Part shown: positions 18,813 to 28,340 of the stretch, one piece after another
Numbering within the stretch: the first letter of the stretch is position 1
How the letters are laid out: every line of letters starts with the position of its first letter
From: Desulfocapsa sulfexigens DSM 10523
GTDB taxonomy: Bacteria > Desulfobacterota > Desulfobulbia > Desulfobulbales > Desulfocapsaceae
Direction: 5' to 3'
DNA length: 32,000 nt
NCBI RefSeq assembly: GCF_000341395.1
Contig: NC_020304.1
Location: 930,001-962,000, forward strand
Made by a program: the position numbers and the translations under genes
The notes under the pieces: model-generated
What the model saw: the letters and a program-made list of their open reading frames with translations, nothing else
What the model was told of the DNA's origin: nothing
Databases searched by the model: none

Positions 18813-18999
18813 ATACTTTTCACTTCACTGTAATAAAAAAAAAAACACTCAAATTTACTTAGGAGAACTAAATACTAGCCACCCTAAGCAATTTCTGTCA
18901 AGAATATTTCTCAAAAATAAAGAAATAAGAGGGAGTGGTCGATAAAGATAACAGAGGATTGGAAATGTAAATCACCCGCCAGGAAAGGAGGGAGTAGCG

Positions 19000-19149
19000 A
19001 TGACCAGCCAAGAAGCAATTCGGGTTTTGATGCTCAGTCCCATCTATTTCAGACTCACACCGGCAGATCGCAGACAACTTATCCGGGAATACTGCAACCT
19101 GTTTACCCAGGTGTGCAAACGGCGACAACGTGCAAAGAAAGAAGAATGA
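19000..19149 (+). CDS. Small hypothetical protein (49 aa), below the ORF-track cutoff
   Basis: The ATG at 19000 follows AGGAAAGGAGGGAG with a 5-nt spacer. An in-frame TAA at 18949 excludes a longer form. Translation: MTSQEAIRVLMLSPIYFRLTPADRRQLIREYCNLFTQVCKRRQRAKKEE, a helix-like body with a basic tail. The stop is TGA at 19147-19149. I do not recognise a family. Confidence 0.4.
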   Translation: MTSQEAIRVLMLSPIYFRLTPADRRQLIREYCNLFTQVCKRRQRAKKEE

Positions 19150-19161
19150 TAAACACTTATT

Positions 19162-19467
19162 TTACTTTTTTCCCCAAAGAGGATCCTGCCCAAACCTGTC
19201 CATCCACCAATCTTCCGGTTCCAGCGCCTCACCGTCCAGTGGAACCAGAGGAATCCTGAACTGATTATAATAATTCATCAGCACGTCGTAAGCTCTGGTC
19301 AGTCGGCGCATCAAATCACCCTTGGCCCTGTCGTTACCCACGATATCGGGGTGATTTTCTTTACACTTGCTGCGATAGCTGCGCTTAATCTCTCCAAGAG
19401 TCGCACGATCTCCAAGTCCTAGAAGTTCCTTGGCCTCAAAGATAGCATCCCAGTCTGACCTGGTCAT
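19162..19467 (-). CDS. J-domain (DnaJ-like) protein, 101 aa
   Basis: LGLGDRATLGEIKRSYRSKCKENHPDIVGND...RLTRAYDVL is a J-domain with an HPD motif. There is no G/F or zinc-finger region. Its ATG overlaps the plsY stop (ATGA). Confidence 0.8.
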   Translation of the reverse strand: MTRSDWDAIFEAKELLGLGDRATLGEIKRSYRSKCKENHPDIVGNDRAKGDLMRRLTRAYDVLMNYYNQFRIPLVPLDGEALEPEDWWMDRFGQDPLWGKK

Positions 19468-20084
19468 TGTGCCCCCTTTGTCTTCCAGCTTTTTTCCTCA
19501 CCCCTTCGCAGTCTAGCAATATTGGAACTGTGTTTTATCCAGATCAGGACGGCAATCACCGCAGCACAGAAAAAGGTGGAAAAACTTCCACCAAGCATCA
19601 GAATCAGAAACGGGATCATCCCGGCGGCCGCTAGTGACCCGGCTGAGACAAAACCAGAAACACCAACCACCGCAATAAAAATGATCAGGGCAATACAAAT
19701 GGCCCAGGGTGAAAAGAAGAGGAAAACCCCAAGGGCCGTGGCCACTCCTTTACCGCCTTTAAATCCAAGATATATGGAAAACATATGACCAAGCACCGCT
19801 GCAAGTCCACACAATCCGACAAAAAGCTCCCAGTTATCACCCATGGGCAGGAGGATAGAGGCAACAAAAACCGGAAAAAAGCCCTTGGCCACATCGCAGA
19901 GCAGAGTGAGTATACCAAGTTTTTTTCCGAGTACCCGATTGACGTTGGTAGCCCCGATATTTCCACTTCCTTCATCGCGGACATCTTTTCCTACCATGCG
20001 GCCAAAAAGAAGGCCAAAGGGAATCGCTCCTGTCAGATAACTTAAGAGAAGTGCGGCAATAAGTGTTATCAGCGTTATAGTCAT
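19464..20084 (-). CDS. plsY: Glycerol-3-phosphate acyltransferase PlsY
   Basis: YLTGAIPFGLLFGR, GSGNIGATNVNR and FKGGKGVAT are PlsY signatures. I prefer the ATG at 20084 (MTITLITLIAALLLSYLTG...) by analogy with known PlsY N-termini. The ORF track extends to 20141. Confidence 0.9.
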   Translation of the reverse strand: MTITLITLIAALLLSYLTGAIPFGLLFGRMVGKDVRDEGSGNIGATNVNRVLGKKLGILTLLCDVAKGFFPVFVASILLPMGDNWELFVGLCGLAAVLGHMFSIYLGFKGGKGVATALGVFLFFSPWAICIALIIFIAVVGVSGFVSAGSLAAAGMIPFLILMLGGSFSTFFCAAVIAVLIWIKHSSNIARLRRGEEKSWKTKGAQ

Positions 20085-20125
20085 GACTTTTATACTTTTA
20101 CAGAGTGTTGATTGAAGCGTTGATA

Positions 20126-20154
20126 TTGACTGATTTGACATTAGCGCATATCTT
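20126..20154 (+). promoter_or_regulatory. Sigma-70-like promoter candidate for def-fmt-larC-pgpA
   Basis: TTGACT (20126-20131), a 17-nt spacer, then TATCTT (20149-20154). This lies in the plsY/def divergent spacer, about 100 nt upstream of the def ATG. Confidence 0.35.
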
Positions 20155-20258
20155 ATGGAAAAACAACGTTGATGCGGAAAGACTGTCCCTGTGGTATGTT
20201 TTCGTCATCTTCCGTTATTACTGACTTTAATCAGCGAACCATAAATTACAAATATACC

Positions 20259-20768
20259 ATGAGCCTGCTTCCCATTCTTACATTTCCCAACCCGGTTCTT
20301 CGTCAAAAAGCAAAAAAGGTTGCTGTTTTTGACGAGTCCCTGCAAACTCTCGTTTCTGACATGATTGAGACGATGTACGACGCACCCGGCGTTGGCCTGG
20401 CCGCCCCGCAGATCGGAGAGTCCGTTCAACTCATCGTTGTCAATGCTGCCAGGGATCCTGATGTTCAGGAGTCCATGGTGATGGTCAATCCCGAAATCAC
20501 CGAAAGAGAAGGCGAACAGATCGATGAGGAAGGATGTCTTTCTGTCATTGACCTCACCTCCTCTGTTAAACGAAGCAAAAAAATCACTGTCTGTTATCAG
20601 GACATTAGGGGTGGCAAACAGGAACTGACAGTGGAAGACCGCTTTGCCGTAGTCCTGCAGCACGAAATCGATCATCTCAATGGTATCCTCTTTATCGATC
20701 ATCTCAGTTCTCTGAAACGAACGCTCTATAAAAAGAAAGTTAAGAAGATGCTTGCCGCCCAAAAATAA
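20259..20768 (+). CDS. def: Peptide deformylase
   Basis: The three Def motifs are present: GVGLAAPQIG, EGCLS and QHEIDHL. The start at ATG 20259 (MSLLPILTFPNPVLRQKAKKV) matches the canonical Def N-terminus. The 30-aa upstream extension in the ORF track is probably not translated. Confidence 0.93.
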   Translation: MSLLPILTFPNPVLRQKAKKVAVFDESLQTLVSDMIETMYDAPGVGLAAPQIGESVQLIVVNAARDPDVQESMVMVNPEITEREGEQIDEEGCLSVIDLTSSVKRSKKITVCYQDIRGGKQELTVEDRFAVVLQHEIDHLNGILFIDHLSSLKRTLYKKKVKKMLAAQK

Positions 20769-20780
20769 AAGAACCCATTT

Positions 20781-21740
20781 ATGCCAGAAACAGACAAAAC
20801 TTTCCGCATCATCTTTATGGGCACTCCTGATTTTTCTGTGCCTGCCCTGCAGGGGTTGATTGACGGTCCTGACCAGGTAGTAGCGGTCATCACCCAACCT
20901 GACCGCCCCAAGGGACGTGGCAAAAAGCTGACTCCACCTCCGGTAAAGGTACTTGCCCAATCCGCTGCCATCCCTGTGCTGCAGCCAACAAAGATAAAAA
21001 CCGCGGCATTTGCCGATGAATTGCGCGCTTTTAACCCGGATTTAATTATTGTCGCAGCCTATGGTCGAATCCTACCCTCCTCCATTCTTAATTTACCACC
21101 CCTTGGCTGCATCAACATCCATGGATCACTGCTGCCACGGCATCGGGGAGCTGCTCCCATCCAATGGGCGATCCTGGCAGGTGACAAGGAGGCAGGAGTT
21201 ACCATCATGGAGATGGATGAGGGAATGGACACCGGAGCCATGCTGCTTCCCGCCTCTGTCCCGGTTAGCATAAACGAAACTGCTGGAGGTCTCTTCACAA
21301 AGCTGTCAGAGCTTGGTGGTACAACCCTGTTAAAAGCTCTCGATCTTTTACGCCAGGACAAACTCCCTCCCATTGAGCAGGAGCACAGTCTTGCCACTGA
21401 AGCTCCTCCCCTGAAAAAAGAATATGGTGCCATCGACTGGAACAAATCGGCCTGGGAAATTCATTGTCTTATTCGTGGCATGGATCCCTGGCCCACAGCT
21501 TACAGTTTTCTGGACGGGACGCGCTTCCGATTCTTTGCCCCCGAACTGACCGACAGATCCTGTACCCAGACACCGGGAAGTATTATTCAGGCAGATCGTA
21601 ACGGTCTCCTCCTTGCTACGGGTGACGGAGCACTGCTCATCCATGAAATCCAGCCGGAAGGCAAGAAACGCATGAGTGTGGAGGCCTACCTCTGCGGCCA
21701 CCTCCTCGAAACCGGACAGACATTCAGGTCAGAGCAATAA
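20781..21740 (+). CDS. fmt: Methionyl-tRNA formyltransferase
   Basis: 319-aa ORF with RIIFMGTPDFSVP, the HGSLLPRHRGAAPIQ catalytic motif and the C-terminal Fmt domain. It shows the classic def-fmt adjacency. Confidence 0.95.
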   Translation: MPETDKTFRIIFMGTPDFSVPALQGLIDGPDQVVAVITQPDRPKGRGKKLTPPPVKVLAQSAAIPVLQPTKIKTAAFADELRAFNPDLIIVAAYGRILPSSILNLPPLGCINIHGSLLPRHRGAAPIQWAILAGDKEAGVTIMEMDEGMDTGAMLLPASVPVSINETAGGLFTKLSELGGTTLLKALDLLRQDKLPPIEQEHSLATEAPPLKKEYGAIDWNKSAWEIHCLIRGMDPWPTAYSFLDGTRFRFFAPELTDRSCTQTPGSIIQADRNGLLLATGDGALLIHEIQPEGKKRMSVEAYLCGHLLETGQTFRSEQ

Positions 21741-21743
21741 CTG

Positions 21744-22922
21744 ATGCACCCCTCTGTCACAACCCTCGCCTATCTGGATTGTTTTTCAGGAATCAGTGGT
21801 GACATGCTTCTTGGAGCCCTCCTCCATGCCGGACTTAAGGAAAAAGCACTCCTGGAAAAACTTGCAGGAATCAGAGGAATCGATTTTAAGCTCTCCATTG
21901 AAAACCAGCTCCGTTCCGGGATCAGCTGCAAGCAGGTAACAATCCACTCCCCCTCGGCCCAGCAATTCAGGCATCTCAAAAACATTCTTGACCTTCTTGA
22001 GAACTCAAATCTTTCAGAAATGCTGGTTCAAAAAGCGTCGGCAATATTCACTCGTCTTGCTGAAGCAGAAGCAAAAGTCCACAATGTAGCTGTTGACCAG
22101 ATCCACTTCCACGAAGTAGGTGCCGTCGATACCATTGTCGATATCGTCGGTAGTCTGATAGGACTTGAGGAACTTGGCATCGAAAAAATCGTATGCTCTC
22201 CGCTCCCTATGGGACAGGGTTCTGTTCGTTGTGCCCACGGAAACCTCCCCCTGCCGGCCCCAGCAGTCTGTGAATTGCTACTCGACACACCCGTCTATGG
22301 CGTTGACCAGGAAAAAGAACTGATTACCCCAACAGGTGCCGTTTTGGCCACGGGATTAGCCAGTTCTTTTGGTAAAATTCCGGCCATGACAGTGAAGGCC
22401 ATCGGTTACGGAGCCGGAAATCATACACTGAATGGGGACCAACCCAATCTCCTGCGACTTATAGTTGGTGAAGCAATTTTGGTGCAGGAGAGCGATGTAG
22501 TGGAGGTCATTGAGACAAACCTTGATGATTGGAACAGTGAAGGGTTCCCCTACCTCTGTGATCGACTTTTCGCACGGGGTGCACTCGATATATCACTCAG
22601 CCCCCTGATCATGAAAAAAGGCAGGCCAGGCCAACTGTTACGGGTTATTTGCGAACCTGTTCGTGGGCTTGAACTGAAACAGATCATTCTTTCAGAAACA
22701 ACGGCCATCGGTGTTCGCTTTCGGAAAGAAGAACGCATGACTCTTCCCCGGGAGAAAATTATGGTCTCAACACCATGGGGAGAGATTGTGGCAAAGAAGG
22801 TGCACACACCTGAAGGGACAGTGATTTATCCGGAATATGAGGCCTGCAGGGAGGTCGCGGAAAAAAACCAGATCCCGCTTGCCCGGGTCTATCGTAGCAT
22901 TTGCGGAACTGAAGAACGCTGA
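21744..22922 (+). CDS. larC: LarC-family nickel insertion protein (DUF111, nickel-pincer cofactor biosynthesis)
   Basis: 392-aa ORF with YLDCFSGISGDMLLGALL, HFHEVGAVDTIVDIVG and the C-terminal LarC2-like part (ETTAIGVR...). It is one uninterrupted frame and starts 3 nt after the fmt stop. Confidence 0.85.
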   Translation: MHPSVTTLAYLDCFSGISGDMLLGALLHAGLKEKALLEKLAGIRGIDFKLSIENQLRSGISCKQVTIHSPSAQQFRHLKNILDLLENSNLSEMLVQKASAIFTRLAEAEAKVHNVAVDQIHFHEVGAVDTIVDIVGSLIGLEELGIEKIVCSPLPMGQGSVRCAHGNLPLPAPAVCELLLDTPVYGVDQEKELITPTGAVLATGLASSFGKIPAMTVKAIGYGAGNHTLNGDQPNLLRLIVGEAILVQESDVVEVIETNLDDWNSEGFPYLCDRLFARGALDISLSPLIMKKGRPGQLLRVICEPVRGLELKQIILSETTAIGVRFRKEERMTLPREKIMVSTPWGEIVAKKVHTPEGTVIYPEYEACREVAEKNQIPLARVYRSICGTEER

Positions 22923-22989
22923 CACTCCTTCAGTTGTCCATCATTATAAGTCGGGGTTCCCCCCACAAGAAAGTAAACGGATAAAACAA

Positions 22990-23451
22990 ATGGATAAAAT
23001 CATCATGTTTCTGGCCACGGGATTCTACAGTGGCAATCTCCCCAAAATTCCAGGCACCTGGGGATCTCTCGCCGCCCTTGTCCCCTGGTTCTTTGTGCGT
23101 AACCTGTCCATTCCAACCTATCTTGCTACGGTGGGTGTCATCTTTGTAATTGGCTGTATTCTCGCAGGATCAGCAGAAAAGATACTTGACCAGGCCGACG
23201 CCGGCCCCATTGTCATCGATGAATTTGTCGGCATGTTTATTACCCTTATTGCCGCCCCGAATCATCCAGTAGCTTGGATTCTCGGTTTCCTTCTCTTTCG
23301 CTTTTTTGATATACTCAAACCCTTTCCATGCTCGTGGTTTGACCAGAATATCCATGGCGGCTTCGGGATTATGATGGACGATGTTATTGCAGGAATCTAC
23401 GCCCTTATCAGTCTGCAACTCCTCTGGATGCTCGGAAGCAAAATCAGCTAA
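22990..23451 (+). CDS. pgpA: Phosphatidylglycerophosphatase A
   Basis: I place the start at ATG 22990 (MDKIIMFLATGFYSG...). PGTWGSLAA, DEFVGM, FR.FDI.KP and MDDVIAGIYA match PgpA. The longer track ORF (from 22837) overlaps the larC 3' end. Confidence 0.85.
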   Translation: MDKIIMFLATGFYSGNLPKIPGTWGSLAALVPWFFVRNLSIPTYLATVGVIFVIGCILAGSAEKILDQADAGPIVIDEFVGMFITLIAAPNHPVAWILGFLLFRFFDILKPFPCSWFDQNIHGGFGIMMDDVIAGIYALISLQLLWMLGSKIS

Positions 23452-23675
23452 CCCGCATTTCTCATCAACATTACATAAATTTTGAGTTAGCATTGTAAGG
23501 ACGATTGGTTGAACGAACTGTAGTGATGCCAAAATATTTACACAATGTTCACCAAAGGTCAGCCCAGGCGACGCCATCTTTTTCAGTATTTTATCAGTAA
23601 ATATAGCTCACTATGATTTACTGATAAAAACTTCAAACCTGACATCGCCTGGACTGATGAGAAATACGGGCTAAC
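23447..23675 (-). repeat. Nested imperfect inverted repeats (three-helix element); candidate structured RNA or MITE-like remnant
   Basis: Helix A pairs 23447-23467 with 23655-23675 (18 Watson-Crick pairs of 21). Helix B pairs 23467-23483 with 23533-23549. Helix C pairs 23562-23576 with 23640-23654, plus an apical perfect 14-bp stem (23589-23602 with 23616-23629). All 9 transition mismatches are C-A on the plus strand, which makes them G-U on the minus strand. The strand assignment is inferred from that alone. Confidence 0.4.
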
Positions 23676-23721
23676 ATCTCGCTCCACCCATTTTTTAGCA
23701 TTAGAAGCCCGCCATCACTCC

Positions 23722-25632
<1,911 letters not shown>

Positions 25633-25710
25633 TTATACTTCAGATTATTATTGACAAGAAAAGGGAAAGGTGTGCAGGAATGACAACAGGATGGTTCTTT
25701 TGTTTGCAGC

Positions 25711-25788
25711 AACTTTCCCTACGACTTGATTACAAGTATCAGGTTCAAGGGGTTTACTCTCAGCCGAAATTTTCGGCACCCCCAAGTT
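25711..25788 (-). promoter_or_regulatory. TPP (THI-box) riboswitch aptamer
   Basis: The minus strand reads AACTTGGGGGTGCCGAAAATTTCGGCTGAGAGTAAACCCCTTGAACCTGATACTTGTAATCAAGTCGTAGGGAAAGTT. This contains GGGGTGC, the P3 hairpin, CTGAGA, ACCC, GAACCTGAT, the P5 hairpin ACTTG-TAAT-CAAGT and CGTAGGGAA. P1 is AACTT/AAGTT. It sits about 125 nt upstream of the thiC ATG. Confidence 0.93.
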
Positions 25789-25809
25789 TTTTACTACTCT
25801 ACTACATTT

Positions 25810-26622
25810 TCAAATATTCCACCAGTCATGGAAATGATGTACTGGCCCATGACCTGATCCTATCTTTACCTCGGCGCCACCCAGCAGTGCCCCATCGATG
25901 TAAATCTTGGCTTTACGCACTGCAGCTGCAAGCTCCATCCCCCTGGCCAGACAAGCAGCAATAGCTGAGGAAATGGTACAACCTGTGCCGTGGCTGTTGC
26001 GGGTATCAATCCGAGGACTCTCAAGTTTCAGCAACTCTCCACTCGACCCGTCATAAAAATAATCCACGCTGACAGAATCCGAAAGAGCACCTCCTTTGAG
26101 GAATACCCGGCCGCACCCCAGATCAGTCAGATCCCGGCAGGCATCGGCCATTTGTGACTGCTCCGTTATATCTCTGCCAAGCAGTATGGATGCCTCTGCA
26201 AGATTGGGAGTGATAACGGTAGCCATCGGAAAAAGAAACATTTTCAGAGCCTGGACGGCATCGTCCTGGAGAAGCTTATCACCATTCCTGGTAACCATAA
26301 CAGGATCAAGCACTAACGTTTTACAATCATAACGCTGCAGAGACTCAGCCACAACCCCTATCACCTCAGGAGAATGAAGCATCCCGATCTTTACCGCATC
26401 TGCTCCAATATCAGTCATAACCGCATCCATCTGCAGAGCGATGAATTCCGGGGGAACAGCCTGAATCCCCAACACCCTCACCGTGTTCTGGGCGGTTAAT
26501 GCAGTTATCACCGTCATCCCATAACAGCCAAGGGCTGAAAAAGTTTTCAAATCTGCCTGTATTCCCGCGCCGCCACCACTGTCGGATCCGGCAATGGTCA
26601 ACGCCCTGTAGTAGTTCTTCAT
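25810..26622 (-). CDS. thiD: Hydroxymethylpyrimidine / phosphomethylpyrimidine kinase ThiD
   Basis: 270-aa ORF with TIAGSDSGGGAGIQADLKTF and the ribokinase-fold C-terminal motif NSHGTGCTISSAIAA. Confidence 0.93.
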   Translation of the reverse strand: MKNYYRALTIAGSDSGGGAGIQADLKTFSALGCYGMTVITALTAQNTVRVLGIQAVPPEFIALQMDAVMTDIGADAVKIGMLHSPEVIGVVAESLQRYDCKTLVLDPVMVTRNGDKLLQDDAVQALKMFLFPMATVITPNLAEASILLGRDITEQSQMADACRDLTDLGCGRVFLKGGALSDSVSVDYFYDGSSGELLKLESPRIDTRNSHGTGCTISSAIAACLARGMELAAAVRKAKIYIDGALLGGAEVKIGSGHGPVHHFHDWWNI

Positions 26623-26634
26623 GGCTGCTCTCTT

Positions 26635-27570
26635 CTACCAGATATGAATCAGATCTTCTGTAACGACAGGCTTTTCAATCAGACCATGCTGCAGAGAGAA
26701 ATCGGCAAATTGCTGCCAGGCAGCAGCATTCGAACCACCGGGAGCAGCATAAAACGGGAGAGTCAGATGAAAGGCATCGGTTTCAACTTTCGCATCAGCC
26801 TCCGGCAGGGCTTTAAGGTAGGTTTCCAATGCCTCCTCCGGGTGCTTACGCAGATAGGCAGTTGCTGTTTCCACTGCCTGTATAAAGCTTCTGATACTCT
26901 CTTTCTTCTCAGTAAGGGTCTTTGCACCGCAGACAAAGATCAACTCCTCATAATCAGGAATCCCCCACTTCTCCAACTCAAAGTAATCTGCCTCAAGATT
27001 CTGGTGTGCCATGGTCACGGTCTCATAAGTTTTAAAAGGTCCCATCACTGCATCCACATTTCCAGCAACCAATGCAGGGACGATGGTAAATCCTACATTG
27101 ATCGCCTCATAATTTTCCACTCCATTAATGGACATAAAGGCCTTGAGCATAACATCCATAAGTCCGGGAACTGTATAACCGATCTTCTTTCCTTCAAGAT
27201 CCTTGGGGGTTTTTATTTTTTCACTTTTCAAAAAAAGGAGCGTGGTCAACGGATGCTCAATGAGTCTCCCCACCACTTTGACGTCAAGCCCCGCAGACGC
27301 GGCAATAATGGTTTGAGGCTCATAGGAGACTGCCATATCCACATTTCCTGAAGCAGCCAGCTTTAAGCCATCGGCCGTCTCGGAGGGTGAAATAATTTCC
27401 ACCTCCAGTCCCCTCTCCGCAAACAGCCCTTTCTCCTGAGCGACATAGATTGGCAAATGATCAATATTGGGAAACCAGTCCAGCATCAGCGTCAGCTTCT
27501 GGGCCGATGCTGAACCTGCGAAAAAGAAGAATGCACAAATGACGACGATTGCAGATAGTTGTTTTCTCAT
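26635..27570 (-). CDS. thiY: ABC transporter substrate-binding protein, NMT1/THI5-like (ThiY-type, pyrimidine-precursor salvage inferred)
   Basis: 311-aa ORF with a signal peptide, then KLTLMLDWFPNIDHLPIYVAQEKGLF, typical of the NMT1/THI5-like SBP family. thiD follows after a 12-nt gap. The specificity is inferred from this context only. Confidence 0.7.
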   Translation of the reverse strand: MRKQLSAIVVICAFFFFAGSASAQKLTLMLDWFPNIDHLPIYVAQEKGLFAERGLEVEIISPSETADGLKLAASGNVDMAVSYEPQTIIAASAGLDVKVVGRLIEHPLTTLLFLKSEKIKTPKDLEGKKIGYTVPGLMDVMLKAFMSINGVENYEAINVGFTIVPALVAGNVDAVMGPFKTYETVTMAHQNLEADYFELEKWGIPDYEELIFVCGAKTLTEKKESIRSFIQAVETATAYLRKHPEEALETYLKALPEADAKVETDAFHLTLPFYAAPGGSNAAAWQQFADFSLQHGLIEKPVVTEDLIHIW

Positions 27571-27581
27571 GACTCAATATC

Positions 27582-28340
27582 CTACTCTAAGATTTGTTGG
27601 TTATTTCTCCAGAAAATACTCTTTTTTTCAAGCCAGCCAACGCCGTACCAGAGCAGCAGTCCCATAAGAGACAGCCACAGAATAACAGCAAAGACCAGAT
27701 CTACTTTCAAACGGGCATTGGCCTGGATCATCAAAAAGCCAAGACCACTTTGAGCGCCCACCCACTCTCCTATTACTGCTCCAATGGTCGCCACCGTAAC
27801 CCCCACCCGAAGACCTGCAAAAAAATGGGGCAGAGCCCAGGGCCAGTAGAGAAGACGCATGGTCTGCCAGAACCCCGCCCCCATCAGGCGAAAGAGAACC
27901 CGAAATTCACGATCACATCCCTTGAACCCCTCAAGAAGACTTACAGTGATAGGGAAAAAAATTATGATTGCCGCCATTAAGATCTTCCCTGCCACTCCGT
28001 ACCCCAACCAAACAACCAGTAAGGGAGCTAAAGCAAAGACGGGTATGGCCTGAGAAGTCACAAGAAAGGGAGAAAGTGCCTTTTCCAGCCAGGGGAAGGC
28101 AAACATTCCCATGGCAAGAGGGATAGCCACCGCCAGGGCCAAAACTATACCACAGATAATTTCCAGTCCGGTGGTCATAGCATGGGGCAGAATCAGAGGA
28201 GCCCTTAACACAGCGGTGGACATAATAATCGAAGGGGGCGGCAGGATAAACACAGGAATGGTAAAAATCCAGCAGGCCACTTCCCACAGACCAAGGAGCA
28301 AGATCAGTATTGCAAGAGCGAGAAAGTTAGAACGAGCCAT
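27582..28340 (-). CDS. thiX: ABC transporter permease (NitT/TauT family, ThiX-type)
   Basis: A ~250-aa polytopic membrane protein with a BPD_transp_1-type EAA loop region (..FRLMGAGFWQTMRLLYWPWALPHFFAGLRV..). I prefer the ATG at 28340; the track ORF starts at a TTG at 28346. It overlaps the ATPase gene by 14 nt. Confidence 0.75.
   Translation of the reverse strand: MARSNFLALAILILLLGLWEVACWIFTIPVFILPPPSIIMSTAVLRAPLILPHAMTTGLEIICGIVLALAVAIPLAMGMFAFPWLEKALSPFLVTSQAIPVFALAPLLVVWLGYGVAGKILMAAIIIFFPITVSLLEGFKGCDREFRVLFRLMGAGFWQTMRLLYWPWALPHFFAGLRVGVTVATIGAVIGEWVGAQSGLGFLMIQANARLKVDLVFAVILWLSLMGLLLWYGVGWLEKKSIFWRNNQQILE

Noticed and set aside
20169-20258. N-terminal extensions in the ORF track for several genes: def, pgpA (22837-22989), plsY (20085-20141), the DUF4136-like gene (8951-9025), the Met-motif gene (9840-9917), thiC (25585-25623), uppP (29900-29938) and thiX (28341-28346).
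   Set aside because: The internal ATG codons give N-termini that match the known family starts or signal peptides, and mostly have better SD sequences. Some of the extensions begin at TTG or GTG and overlap upstream genes.
20205-20960. A 251-aa minus-strand ORF spanning the def-fmt junction.
   Set aside because: It is antisense to two strongly conserved genes, has no recognisable motifs or SD, and crosses an intergenic gap. This is a typical shadow ORF.
23170-23577. A 135-aa minus-strand ORF starting inside the pgpA-thiC spacer and running antisense through pgpA.
   Set aside because: About 280 nt of it overlaps the conserved pgpA frame in antisense. It has no SD, and its intergenic part is better explained by the inverted-repeat element.
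26644-27351. A 235-aa plus-strand ORF antisense to the substrate-binding protein gene.
   Set aside because: It is a shadow ORF. The minus-strand frame has a signal peptide and NMT1/THI5-family motifs, while the plus-strand product has no recognisable features.
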